Positions 23,679 through 33,079 of a DNA stretch of 64,000 nucleotides are shown here, piece by piece (position 1 is the first letter of the stretch; every line of letters starts with the position of its first letter). The stretch is from contig JAUVAU010000002.1 in NCBI GenBank assembly GCA_030591565.1, positions 12,856 through 76,855 of the forward strand. The letters are read 5' to 3'. The notes under the pieces are model-generated. The model made no database searches and was not told the DNA's origin. It saw nothing but the letters and a program-made list of their open reading frames with translations. The stretch is from Deltaproteobacteria bacterium. Its GTDB lineage: Bacteria; Desulfobacterota; Deferrisomatia; Deferrisomatales; BM512. The position numbers and the translations under genes are program-made.

Positions 23679-24464
23679 CTACTTGAGACACCTGGTGGCG
23701 ATAAGGTCAAGCACCACGTCCAAGTCGTCTATCCCGCGCGGGTAATCGTTGAGCACCTCCCAGACGATTCTTTTCCCTTCGCCGGGCTCGATGGGTTCCC
23801 CAATGTCGCCCGAGACACTCTTGAATACCATGTCGAAGTTTGTGCCTCCGTCGGTCGAGCCGATAATCTTGATACAGGCGGAGACGGTGGCGACCAGGCT
23901 GTAGTCGATGATTACGTCCTCGCCCTCCATGTAGAGGTCCATATCTGCGATCTTGGGGGGCACGACCTTTTGGACCACTTCCAGCGGATTGGCTTTTGGT
24001 GGGTTGGTCAAGAGGTCGACCACTGCCGTGTTGCTTCCCGCGGAGCGGGCGTGGGCAATCGCGTTCTTGCCGTTGCCGTCTACGAGTTCGTTTTTGGCGC
24101 CGTTTTCCAAAAGGAGCCTCACGGCTTTGATGTCCTTGCGTTTGGCGGCGACCATCAGGGTGTTTTTGCCGTTCATGGCGGAAAAGTTCACATCCGCGCC
24201 GTTGGCGATGAGGAGTCCCGCCAGTTTAATTTGCTCAGCGCCGCCATTTTTTGTTCCTCGGCGCAGCAGGTGAAAGAGCGCGCGTCCCAACGCTTTGGAG
24301 TCAAAGGCGTTCTCGACGATCAGTTGTTTGACGCTGCCAAGGTCGCTGGCCGTGGAGTAGACCCAGAGCTGTGGGCCGGGTTTTAGTTTTATGCCGGCGA
24401 ACACTGTGGACGATATGAGAAGCGCCAAAAATACGGCGGTCATTTTTTTAAACAATTTATTCAC
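23679..24464 (-). CDS. Secreted ankyrin-repeat protein with an unassigned C-terminal beta-rich domain
   Basis: Signal peptide MNKLFKKMTAVFLALLISSTVFA|G. Ankyrin-type repeats (..LLIANGADVNFSAMNGKNTLMVAAKRKDIKAVRLLLENGAKNELVDGNGKNAIAHA..). The C-terminal ~100 aa contain ..SGDIGEPIEPGEGKRIVWEVLNDYP.. Confidence 0.8.
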   Translation of the reverse strand: MNKLFKKMTAVFLALLISSTVFAGIKLKPGPQLWVYSTASDLGSVKQLIVENAFDSKALGRALFHLLRRGTKNGGAEQIKLAGLLIANGADVNFSAMNGKNTLMVAAKRKDIKAVRLLLENGAKNELVDGNGKNAIAHARSAGSNTAVVDLLTNPPKANPLEVVQKVVPPKIADMDLYMEGEDVIIDYSLVATVSACIKIIGSTDGGTNFDMVFKSVSGDIGEPIEPGEGKRIVWEVLNDYPRGIDDLDVVLDLIATRCLK

Positions 24465-24503
24465 CTGTTTGTTCTACTGCGATGGGCGGTGAGGGCTTTT
24501 CGC

Positions 24504-24617
24504 TCAATCCATACCCATGGCTTTTTCAAGTTGCTCGATTTCGTCTTTTATAATTTTTATCTTCGCCGCACTTAGCGCTTTATTTTCCAGTTCGCGCTTG
24601 AGCGCCATGAGCCGCAT
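24504..24617 (-). CDS. Possible 37-aa coiled-coil peptide
   Basis: MRLMALKRELENKALSAAKIKIIKDEIEQLEKAMGMD, an amphipathic heptad-like sequence 57 nt downstream of cobQ. The longer ORF to 24908 overlaps cobQ and is rejected. SD is weak. Confidence 0.25.
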   Translation of the reverse strand: MRLMALKRELENKALSAAKIKIIKDEIEQLEKAMGMD

Positions 24618-24673
24618 CTCTTCGCGGTAATCGGTGCATGTGTAGCGGTGAGTGGGTGGGTTGGCTGGCACTT

Positions 24674-26173
24674 TTAGCACTCTTTTTCCAAGATGTCCAA
24701 GATTTGATCCATATCGAGACACTCTTCCATGAGGTCGGCCAATTTCGAGTACCCCTCCTCTTTGCGTTCCTTGAAGGACCGGGTCATGCCCTCGCCCTGC
24801 CTGCAGCTTTTTATGAGGGCGCTTGTGAAGTGGTCGTTGTCGAAGATGCCGTGGAGATAGGTGCCGATGACACGACCATTGAGGCTGGCGGAGCCATCGT
24901 CGCGCCACTGGCCATCGCCAAGCCGCTTGATCTTCATCAGGGGGCGCACACCCTCGCCAAGCTCGGTTCTGCCCATGTGTATCTCATAACCGGTCAGCTC
25001 TTCGCCGCCTTCATACCAATCCAGCATACCAGTATTGAGAGAACCGACAGCTTGGGCGGTGATTTTTTCCGCCTCCATTGTCGTCCGGATGTCCAGCAGT
25101 CCGAAGCCCTCTATCTCGTCGATCACACCCTCTATCCCCTCTGGGTCGCCTACGGAATGGCCGAGCATCTGATAACCGCCGCACACCCCCACTATCGTCG
25201 CACCGCTGCGGTGGTTTTGCAAAACCTCTTCAAAGAGGCCGCACTCCTTCAGGGTTTTCAGGTCGTCGATCGTGTTCTTTGAGCCGGGCAGGATTACGAT
25301 GTCGGCTTCTCCCAGTTTCTGGCCTGGGCGGATGAATTCGAGGCTGACGCCGTCAATGCCGGTCAGTGGGTCGAAATCGGTGAAGTTTGACATTCTTCGG
25401 GCCACGACGACGGCTATGCGTAAGCCCTCTTGGCCCGTGGCGTCCCTGGTGTCGAAGTGGAGGCCGTCCTCTTCCTGAATGAAGATGTCGGTGAACCAGG
25501 GGACCGTGCCCAGAAAGGGTTTGCCCGTGCGTTTGGTGATCATCTCGTAGGCGGGGTCAAGCAACGTGGCGTCGCCGCGAAACTTGTTGATGATGAAGCC
25601 CTTTATCAGCGCGGCCTCTGCCGGGTCGATCAGCTCCATGGTGCCCACGAGCGAGGCGAAGACCCCGCCCTTGTTTATATCGCCTACCAGCAAGACGGGG
25701 CATCTGGCTTCCAGCGCAAAGCCCATGTTGGCGATGTCGCCCTCGCGCAGGTTGATCTCGGCGGGGCTCCCCGCGCCTTCGCAGAGGATCACGTCATATT
25801 GAGTTTTTAGCCTCTCGAAACTGTCGAAGACGACCTCGCGGGCAATTTTTTTAAAGGCATGGTATTCCAGCGCCTTCATGTTGGAGTGGACCTTACCCTG
25901 GAGGATGACCTGTGCGCCCACGTCGGTGGTGGGTTTCAGGAGCACGGGGTTCATGTCGGTGTGGGGTGCGATATTGGCGGCCTCGGCCTGGACGACCTGG
26001 GCGCGGCCCATTTCTCCACCCTCGGCGGTGATGAAGGAGTTCAGGGCCATGTTTTGGGGCTTGAAGGGCGCGACGCGCACTCCCCTGCGGGCGAGGACCC
26101 TGCACAATCCTGCCACCAGGATGCTCTTCCCGACATCGGAGCCGGTGCCCTGTATCATGAGTGTTTTAGCCAT
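24674..26173 (-). CDS. cobQ: Cobyric acid synthase CobQ/CbiP
   Basis: N-terminal MIQGTGSDVGKS ATPase motif (CobQ/CobB/MinD type) and a C-terminal glutamine amidotransferase domain (..ILPGSKNTI.DL.., ..GVCGGYQMLG.., ..GTYLHG.F.N); 499 aa. Confidence 0.92.
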   Translation of the reverse strand: MAKTLMIQGTGSDVGKSILVAGLCRVLARRGVRVAPFKPQNMALNSFITAEGGEMGRAQVVQAEAANIAPHTDMNPVLLKPTTDVGAQVILQGKVHSNMKALEYHAFKKIAREVVFDSFERLKTQYDVILCEGAGSPAEINLREGDIANMGFALEARCPVLLVGDINKGGVFASLVGTMELIDPAEAALIKGFIINKFRGDATLLDPAYEMITKRTGKPFLGTVPWFTDIFIQEEDGLHFDTRDATGQEGLRIAVVVARRMSNFTDFDPLTGIDGVSLEFIRPGQKLGEADIVILPGSKNTIDDLKTLKECGLFEEVLQNHRSGATIVGVCGGYQMLGHSVGDPEGIEGVIDEIEGFGLLDIRTTMEAEKITAQAVGSLNTGMLDWYEGGEELTGYEIHMGRTELGEGVRPLMKIKRLGDGQWRDDGSASLNGRVIGTYLHGIFDNDHFTSALIKSCRQGEGMTRSFKERKEEGYSKLADLMEECLDMDQILDILEKEC

Positions 26174-27424
26174 CTATGCGTCCTGACTCAATTCCATCTT
26201 TCCGAATTCGCCGTCGAAGCCTGGGGTGAAGATAACTTCGCCCCTTTGCATTTTATAGATTGCCGCGGCCAACCTCTCGTCGCCCACTTCATCCGTAGGC
26301 TGTGCGGTGAGCGCGGCTATTTCGGTGCCGGCGGCATTTATAGCCCTTTTAACCAAATTTTTCACTATTTTAGTGTTTCTGCCCCTGCCCAGGCAAGTAG
26401 CCGCCAGGTCGGCGAGGGGAATAAGATGCATGTGCGGGGGCGAGAGCTTTGCAGCTTGGGCATGAGTCCTCTCCCCAAGGGATGCTATGCGGCTCATGAC
26501 CCCTTGGGTAAGGGGTTTGGCGCAAACCGGGCAGAGCGAGTGCGGCGCGGCTGCCCCCATCGCGAGGTTCACCCCGCATTTTCTGTGGCCGTCGTTAAAG
26601 TACTTTCCCTTTTGCGGAGGGAATTCGATAGTCATTTTGACCCCGCCTGGGGTTGCAAGGGTTTGCGCAAGGGATGCGAAGTTCTCTGGCCGCTCAATGA
26701 GTGTCGCTTCGCGGGCAAGCGCTCCGGGGCCGTGGGCATCGGAAAAGGAGACGATGGGGTAACGGTCCAGCGAAGGGACCATCCTGATCATCGCAGGGTC
26801 GGACGAGAGACCGGATTCGACCGCCGTCAAATACTCCGAGTAGGAGCCCAGCGCCTCCGATATGGTATCGAACCCGGAGCGTCCCCCCAGGATGCCATAC
26901 CATGGGGTCCAGATGTGGGGCGCGATGAATATTATGGATTTATCGACGCCCAGCGCTACGTCCATGAATTGCGTGCAGCTCATCTTGAGGGTGGGCCTTC
27001 CGTCCGACCCCAGCTTGCCAAACCTCTCAAGTGCGGCCGCCAGTTTTTTTGCGGTGTCGAAATCGGGAAGGAGGTGTAGAAGGTGGACTCGCTTGGTCCC
27101 CGTTTTGCTTTTCCAGACACAGCTGACCTCTCCACCCAGAACGAAAGAAACCGCGCTCCTCCGTGATGAGTCCGCTGCGGCAAGCTTGAAGAGAGAGCCG
27201 CTATCAGCCACAAGCTCCTCATTAAGGTGTTCGAGCCATTTGGGGTGGAGCGCATCCGGGGCCAGGAGGAGTCCAACCCCTTTCTCCGCCGCCGATTGCG
27301 CAAGCAGCCGTGGTGTTATCGCGGGCGAGGTAGCGATGGAGTAGGGGGAATGCAGATGCAGGTCGGCCCAGATGAGATTGGGTTCGCGCATCGCTTTACT
27401 TGCTTGTTGTGGATTCAATGTCAT
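26174..27424 (-). CDS. PHP-domain protein of the endonuclease Q (EndoQ / TIGR00375-like) type
   Basis: N-terminal ADLHLHSPYS PHP metal motif, ..PHIWTPW.. , and the family-typical GKYFNDGHRKCGV......CPVCAKPLTQGVMSRI zinc-finger segment. The stop abuts the cobQ start. Assignment is from remembered motifs, not a search. Confidence 0.6.
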   Translation of the reverse strand: MTLNPQQASKAMREPNLIWADLHLHSPYSIATSPAITPRLLAQSAAEKGVGLLLAPDALHPKWLEHLNEELVADSGSLFKLAAADSSRRSAVSFVLGGEVSCVWKSKTGTKRVHLLHLLPDFDTAKKLAAALERFGKLGSDGRPTLKMSCTQFMDVALGVDKSIIFIAPHIWTPWYGILGGRSGFDTISEALGSYSEYLTAVESGLSSDPAMIRMVPSLDRYPIVSFSDAHGPGALAREATLIERPENFASLAQTLATPGGVKMTIEFPPQKGKYFNDGHRKCGVNLAMGAAAPHSLCPVCAKPLTQGVMSRIASLGERTHAQAAKLSPPHMHLIPLADLAATCLGRGRNTKIVKNLVKRAINAAGTEIAALTAQPTDEVGDERLAAAIYKMQRGEVIFTPGFDGEFGKMELSQDA

Positions 27425-27598
27425 ATCATTGCCGCTATGAACGAGAGAGAAGATTTACAAGAGCAAGGGCGGCAAGAGCCCGAAGAGAAGCCTCGCACGC
27501 TGGCTAACAAGCTGATGCACGCGCTGCTGTGGACCGCCATCTTTTACGGTTTGTGGCTGTTGTCGGTAAAGCTGCTGGGCTGGGCGACTGGTATGGAT

Positions 27599-28981
27599 TC
27601 ACTCTGAGATGTTGAGCTTTTCAAGTCTGTAGCGAAGTGATCTGAAGCTCATGCCCAAAAGCTCGGCGGCGCGCGTTTTATTCCCCCCGGTTTTTTCCAG
27701 TGCTTTCCTTATGTAGTGAAGCTCTGTGTTGAGCAGCATGGAGTCGAGGTCAAGCCCATCATCGGAGAAGGGGTTGACCTGGGGCGAGTCGGGAGTGGCG
27801 CCATATTTGAGGTGGTCGGGCAGGCTCATGAGGCTGACCTTGTCGCCCGTCTCAAGCGCTACGGCACGCTCGATGATGTTTTCCAGTTCCCGCACGTTTC
27901 CGGGAAAACCGTACTGCTCCAGGCAGGTCATCGCGTCGGGGGTTATGCCGTTCAGGTCGCGACCGAACTCTTTCCTGTATTTTTCAAGAAAGTGATTTGC
28001 CAGCAGTATGATGTCGTCGCTTCGCTGGCTCAGTTTGGGCAGCTTCACCGCCACGACGTTGAGCCGGTAGAAGAGGTCTTCGCGAAAGCGACCGCCACGC
28101 ACCTCCTCAAAGAGGTCGCGGTTGGTGGCCGAGACGATTCGCACGTTGAATTTAAGCTCCGTGTTGCCGCCGACCCTCTTTATGGTGCCCTCTTGTAATG
28201 TCCTCAAGAGCTTTGGCTGAAGCGCCAGCGGTAGTTCTGCGACTTCATCGAGAAAGAGGGTGCCGTCCTTGGCTTCCTCGAACAATCCGGGCTTATCGCT
28301 AACCGCGCCGGTGAAGCTGCCTTTGACGTGGCCGAAAAGCTCGCTCTCTATAAGGCCTTCGGGTATGGCTGAGCAGTTGACGGGGACGAATTTTCCGACG
28401 CGGCCGCTCATCTCGTGGAGTTTTCGGGCCACAAGCTCTTTGCCGGTGCCGGAATCGCCGTAGATCAGCACCGTGACGCCGGTGTCGGAGATGCGCTGCA
28501 CCAACTGCATTACCTCCTGCATCGGTGCGCTTCGGCCCAGAATCGAGCTTTCGGCGGAAGCGGCGCTGATCCGCTTTTTCAGCTCTCTGTTCTCGCGAGC
28601 CAGGGCGGTTTTTTCCAGCGCCTTGGTGACCGTCAGGGTGATGTGCTCGTTCTTGAACGGCTTACTTATGTAGTCATAGGCCCCCAGCTTCATCGCTTCC
28701 ACTGCGGTTTCGGTCGTGCCAAATGCGGTGATGACGACTACCTGGGTGTCGGGGTCCAGGCTTTTTACCGATTCAAGGATGTCCAGACCGGAGCCGTCGG
28801 GCAGATTGAGGTCGGTCAGCACCAGGTCGATCTCGTTTTCAGCGAGAAAGGTCTTGGCCGATTTCGCATCGGGCATCGTTTCCACATCAAAGCCTTCGCG
28901 AGTCAGCATCAAGCTTAGAAACTCGCGCAAGCTTTGTTCATCGTCAACAACCAGAAGCCTGCCCATGTTATTCAACTTCAA
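27599..28981 (-). CDS. pilR: Sigma54-dependent two-component response regulator (NtrC family; PilR by context)
   Basis: Receiver domain (LLVVDDE..D..LPDGSG), AAA+ sigma54-interaction domain ([14 protein letters not shown]-like GSFTGAV, ESELFGH) and a C-terminal Fis-type HTH. It overlaps the pilS stop. Confidence 0.85.
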   Translation of the reverse strand: MKLNNMGRLLVVDDEQSLREFLSLMLTREGFDVETMPDAKSAKTFLAENEIDLVLTDLNLPDGSGLDILESVKSLDPDTQVVVITAFGTTETAVEAMKLGAYDYISKPFKNEHITLTVTKALEKTALARENRELKKRISAASAESSILGRSAPMQEVMQLVQRISDTGVTVLIYGDSGTGKELVARKLHEMSGRVGKFVPVNCSAIPEGLIESELFGHVKGSFTGAVSDKPGLFEEAKDGTLFLDEVAELPLALQPKLLRTLQEGTIKRVGGNTELKFNVRIVSATNRDLFEEVRGGRFREDLFYRLNVVAVKLPKLSQRSDDIILLANHFLEKYRKEFGRDLNGITPDAMTCLEQYGFPGNVRELENIIERAVALETGDKVSLMSLPDHLKYGATPDSPQVNPFSDDGLDLDSMLLNTELHYIRKALEKTGGNKTRAAELLGMSFRSLRYRLEKLNISE

Positions 28982-30554
28982 TCCTTATCCGGACAAGTGC
29001 GCCACTTGTCTCGTCGCTATGTAGTGCTTCAGCCGTGCCATTGTGATTTTGCGCGATTCGGTGGACCAAGGCAAGGCCAAGGCCTGTGCCGCCGTCTTTA
29101 TTGGTTACAAATGGCTCAAATACCTTGTCGGCGATATCCTCGCTGAAACCGGGACCGTTGTCGTGAACCTCGATCACGACTGTCTTGCCGTGTCTGGCCG
29201 CCCGGATCAGGACGCTTACATCATTGGAGGTGGCCTCGATGGAGTTTTTAAAAAGGTTTAAAAGCATCTGTTCGATCTGCTCTCTGTCGGCGTTTACTTC
29301 CATTCCCTCAGCCACCTGATTGGTGAGGGTGAAGCCGGTCGCCCCTTCGCCATGTCGGAAAAAAAACTCCAACTCATCCACCAGTTGATGGAGGTTGAAG
29401 TTCATTCGATTGGTCGCTTCAGGGCGGGCGTAATCGAGAAAGTTGGAAACAAGGCGGTTTAGCCGGTCGGTTTCGCGAAGCACGATCTCCAGAAGGACTC
29501 TCTGCTCTTTTTCCACAGCCGAGGGTGGCAGTGAACTCTTGAGCATCTGCACCGATCCCGAAAGGCTCGCCAGGGGATTTCGGATTTCATGGGCCAGCCC
29601 CGCCGCAAGTCTTCCCACTGCGGCCAGGCGGTCGGAGAGTTTCAACCTTTTCTCCAACTTGCTCACCTCGGTGAGATCGCTGAAAGCGAGGATTGTGCCC
29701 GCCCGTTGGCCTGAGTGCGCCAGCAGGGGAAATGTTGAGTAGCCAAGCACTATCTCCGAGTCTTCTACAGAGACTTCCCTCCTGCCGACGGCTTTGAGGT
29801 CGAAGAGTTTTTCAAGGTCGTCGGAGTTTTCGAAGGCCATATTGGCGCGGCCCAACAACTGCTTGGCTGAAGGGTTGAAAAACATGACCTTGCCTTGCCC
29901 ATCCAGCGCCACCAGTCCGCCCCCCATCGATTGAAGAATGGCGCCCTGAAGGTGCTCCAGGGCGAGGATTTCGTCTTGCGCCTCGTCCAGTCTTTCCCCG
30001 GTGAGCCGTATCTCTTCGGCAAACATGCCGGAGAGAAAGGCGATTGCGTAGAAGGCGACTATGTGCAGGGCGAGGTTTACGCTTACGTTGGAGCTTTGGG
30101 CCACTGCGTTAAAGGGGAAAGGGTTCAGGGGAACCAGTATCCCATTGAACTGCAACGCTGTTACCAGCCCGAACGCAAGGGTGGCGTAGGTGGCGGCAAT
30201 GAAGGCACCGGGGCGAAAGAAGATCGCCGTGCTTCCGATGATTGCAATCAGATATAAAAAAACCATCGGTGAGCGCCACCCGCCGGAAAGGTAGATGACA
30301 AGCGATATGTAAAGGATGTCCCAAAGCGGCTGAATCTTCGAAGTTATATTTGCGAGTGCGTCTTTTTTCAGCAATACGCTGCTAAGCGCAGTGAAAATGA
30401 GAGTTATGATGGTGGCGGTAAAAAACCAGAGTACGGAGGGGTGGCTGGCATTTCCCTGGCGCAGAGAGAAGAGGGCAACCAAGACCATCATGGACAGGAG
30501 GATGATCGTCCTCCCGGCCAGATAGCCTTGCATCCGTCGCTTTTGGCGGATCAT
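28968..30554 (-). CDS. pilS: Membrane sensor histidine kinase (PilS by context)
   Basis: About 6 N-terminal TM helices, a PAS-like segment, the H-box LAAGLAHEIRNPL, and the HATPase N/G boxes (..NL.KNS.EA.., DNGPGF, GTGLGL). Confidence 0.8.
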   Translation of the reverse strand: MIRQKRRMQGYLAGRTIILLSMMVLVALFSLRQGNASHPSVLWFFTATIITLIFTALSSVLLKKDALANITSKIQPLWDILYISLVIYLSGGWRSPMVFLYLIAIIGSTAIFFRPGAFIAATYATLAFGLVTALQFNGILVPLNPFPFNAVAQSSNVSVNLALHIVAFYAIAFLSGMFAEEIRLTGERLDEAQDEILALEHLQGAILQSMGGGLVALDGQGKVMFFNPSAKQLLGRANMAFENSDDLEKLFDLKAVGRREVSVEDSEIVLGYSTFPLLAHSGQRAGTILAFSDLTEVSKLEKRLKLSDRLAAVGRLAAGLAHEIRNPLASLSGSVQMLKSSLPPSAVEKEQRVLLEIVLRETDRLNRLVSNFLDYARPEATNRMNFNLHQLVDELEFFFRHGEGATGFTLTNQVAEGMEVNADREQIEQMLLNLFKNSIEATSNDVSVLIRAARHGKTVVIEVHDNGPGFSEDIADKVFEPFVTNKDGGTGLGLALVHRIAQNHNGTAEALHSDETSGALVRIRIEVE

Positions 30555-30621
30555 AAGGTACTCACTCGGTTTTCAGCCCAAGAAAAGAGTATGCAATCGA
30601 CTTTCAAAGCCCAATGTTTTG

Positions 30622-31824
30622 TTACTTGCCTATCGTTCCCGCCATGGAGAAGATGGGCAGATACATGGCGATGATCAGAGCGCCGATTGAGCCGCCCAGG
30701 CCGACCATCAACAAGGGCTCGATCGCCGAAGTCAAGGCTCCGACCGCGTCATCGACTTCATCGTCGTAGAAATCAGCAATTTTATTGAGCATTTGATCCA
30801 GTGCGCCGGTGGCTTCACCGACTGAGATCATCTGTACGACCATCGGCGGAAAGACACCGGTTTCCTCAAGGGGCTCGGCGATGGTGCGGCCCTCGGAGAT
30901 CGAGTCGCGAGTCTTCATGACCGCCTCTTCGATGACCACGTTGCCCGCTGTTTTGGCCACGACCTCAAGACCTTCAAGAATGGGAACACCCGAACTGACG
31001 AGGGTGCCCAATGTCCTCGTGAACTTGGCTACGGCGACCTTTTTGATCAAGGTGCCGAAAATTGGCATGTGTAAAAACAGTCGATCAAAGAATTTTCGGC
31101 CCTTAGCCGATCGGTAAATCGTTTTCAGGATTACCATCGCGATGAAGCCGGCGACCAGGATTACCAGCCAGAACTGTTTAACGAAATCGCTCATGGCGAT
31201 GACAATCAGGGTGGGCGTGGGCAGCTCCTCACCCGCGCCTGCGAACATCTGCTGGAAAACGGGAATGACCCAGACCAAAATTATCGAAATAACTATTACG
31301 GCGACAACACAGACCGATGCCGGGTAGACCATCGCCCCCTTGACCTTTTTCTTCAACGCCATGCTTTTTTCGATGTATGAGGCAAGGCGCTGCAGGATCG
31401 TATCGAGGATGCCGCCAACCTCGCCGGCGGCCACCAGGTTGACGAACAGTCTGTCGAAAACGGAGGGGTGCTTTGCCAGCGCATCCGCGAAGGTCGCACC
31501 GGACTCCACGTCCTCCTTGACTTTTAGCAGGATGGTCTTGAAGGTGGGGTTTGGCTGCTGGGTGCTCAAAATGTCAAGACACTGCACGAGCGGCAACCCG
31601 GCGTCGATCATCGTGGCGAACTGCCGGATGAAAACTACCAAGTCTTTGGTCGTGACTTTTTGTTTGAACCCAGGGATATTTATCTCTATCGACTTGCTGA
31701 GCTTTTCGACCTTTATGCCCTGGTTTGCCAGTTGTGCGGTCGCCGCTTCCTTGGAATCGGCTATTATGGTGCCCTTTTGAAGTGCGCCGCTTCTTACCCG
31801 GCCTTTCCATGCGAATGTGGCCAT
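30622..31824 (-). CDS. pilC: Type IV pilus assembly platform protein PilC
   Basis: 400 aa, duplicated GspF/PilC domain, ..FIRQFATMIDAGLPLVQCL.. and ..FTRTLGTLVSSGVPILEGL.. Confidence 0.9.
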   Translation of the reverse strand: MATFAWKGRVRSGALQKGTIIADSKEAATAQLANQGIKVEKLSKSIEINIPGFKQKVTTKDLVVFIRQFATMIDAGLPLVQCLDILSTQQPNPTFKTILLKVKEDVESGATFADALAKHPSVFDRLFVNLVAAGEVGGILDTILQRLASYIEKSMALKKKVKGAMVYPASVCVVAVIVISIILVWVIPVFQQMFAGAGEELPTPTLIVIAMSDFVKQFWLVILVAGFIAMVILKTIYRSAKGRKFFDRLFLHMPIFGTLIKKVAVAKFTRTLGTLVSSGVPILEGLEVVAKTAGNVVIEEAVMKTRDSISEGRTIAEPLEETGVFPPMVVQMISVGEATGALDQMLNKIADFYDDEVDDAVGALTSAIEPLLMVGLGGSIGALIIAMYLPIFSMAGTIGK

Positions 31825-31894
31825 TTTTCACATCTCCTGCGGTTTTATTTTTATTAATCGCAGCAATTATAACGGTAAATTCGTATTTCTACCA

Positions 31895-33028
31895 TTACCC
31901 ACCAGGTCTTTGCCTGTTTGGCATTGCACTTGGGGGAGTTTTACGCTGGTTCATGATGTCCACTGTGCCCTTGTTGAACATCTGGCGCAGCTCCTCCTGG
32001 TCGTGACTTCTCAACATTGCGAGCTCCATGGAGATCGCCTTGGTGTTGACCAGGTGGTATAGGTGCTGGTTCATCGTCTGCATCTGGAACTTGTCCTGGC
32101 CCATCTGCATGTGCGAGTAGATTTGGTGAATTTTGTCTTCGCGCATGAGGTTTCGTATCGCAGGGGTGGGTATCAGGATTTCGCAGCACATCGTCCGTCC
32201 CGAGCCGCTGGCTTTTGGCAGGAGCATCTGGCTTACGATGCCTTCAAGCACGAAGGAGAGCTGTGCTCTCACCTGGGATTGCTGGTGGGAGGGGAAGACG
32301 TCGATGATACGGTTCATCGTCTGGACGGCTGAGTTTGTGTGGAGGGTAGCCAGGCAAAGATGACCGGTTTCAGCCACGGTCAGTGCGGCTTCGACCGTTT
32401 CCAGGTCGCGCATCTCGCCGATTAGGACGACATCGGGGTCCTGGCGAAGGATGTAGCGCAGCGCCGTCTGGAAGCTGTCAGTGTCGGCATGAACTTCGCG
32501 CTGGTTGATGAGCGCTTTTTTATGCGGATGCAGATATTCAATCGGGTCTTCAATGGTGATGATGTGTTCATGTCGGGTATCGTTGATGCGGTCCAGTATC
32601 GAGGCCAGGGTCGTGGACTTGCCGGACCCGGTGGGGCCGGTGACGAGAACCAAACCCCTTGGGCGTTTGGATATCTCTTCCACAACCGGGGGCAGCCCCA
32701 GTTCGGTAAATGAAAGAATTTTGAAGGGAATCGTACGGAACGCTCCCGCAACGGCTCCACGCTGGACAAAGACATTGGCCCTGAACCTGGACAGGTCTTT
32801 TACGCCAAAGGAGAGGTCCAGCTCATTTTCTTCCTCGAACCGGTGCTTTTGCGCATCGGTAAGGACTGAATAGCAGAGCATCTTCGTTTCGGGGGGGGTG
32901 AGCACCGGAACGTCCAGTGGCACCAAGACCCCGTCGATTCTCACCTGGGGCGGCGTACCTGCTGTAATGTGAAGATCCGAGGCGCCTCGCTCTATCATTG
33001 TTTTGAGCAGTTGGTGAAGATTTGCCAC
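31895..33028 (-). CDS. pilT: Type IV pilus retraction ATPase PilT
   Basis: MANLHQLLKTMIERGASDLHITAG.PP..RIDG, Walker A GPTGSGKST, Asp box, Walker B ..DPDVVLIGEMRD.ET, His box LATLHTNSA. Confidence 0.92.
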   Translation of the reverse strand: MANLHQLLKTMIERGASDLHITAGTPPQVRIDGVLVPLDVPVLTPPETKMLCYSVLTDAQKHRFEEENELDLSFGVKDLSRFRANVFVQRGAVAGAFRTIPFKILSFTELGLPPVVEEISKRPRGLVLVTGPTGSGKSTTLASILDRINDTRHEHIITIEDPIEYLHPHKKALINQREVHADTDSFQTALRYILRQDPDVVLIGEMRDLETVEAALTVAETGHLCLATLHTNSAVQTMNRIIDVFPSHQQSQVRAQLSFVLEGIVSQMLLPKASGSGRTMCCEILIPTPAIRNLMREDKIHQIYSHMQMGQDKFQMQTMNQHLYHLVNTKAISMELAMLRSHDQEELRQMFNKGTVDIMNQRKTPPSAMPNRQRPGG

Positions 33029-33079
33029 GATGTTCCTCCTGTGTCCGCAGTTATATCATAAAAGCGGTCAAGGGTTGTC

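Noticed and set aside
24504-24908. 134-aa minus-strand ORF overlapping the 3' end of cobQ
   Set aside because: Its first ~95 codons overlap cobQ in another frame and have an Arg/His/Pro-rich shadow composition. Only the last 37 codons (24504-24617) lie in free intergenic DNA, and I kept those as a low-confidence peptide.
24674-27598. Looked for a cobalamin riboswitch upstream of cobQ/EndoQ and upstream of the B12-dependent mutase (13605-13695)
   Set aside because: No B12-box-like sequence or extended conserved helices were visible in either leader. The leaders are short (about 90-170 nt) and unstructured by eye.
27437-27607. 56-aa plus-strand ORF with one TM helix between the EndoQ-like gene and pilR
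   Set aside because: It has no Shine-Dalgarno sequence, is convergent with and overlaps the pilR stop, and matches no recognisable family. It is not reported as a feature.
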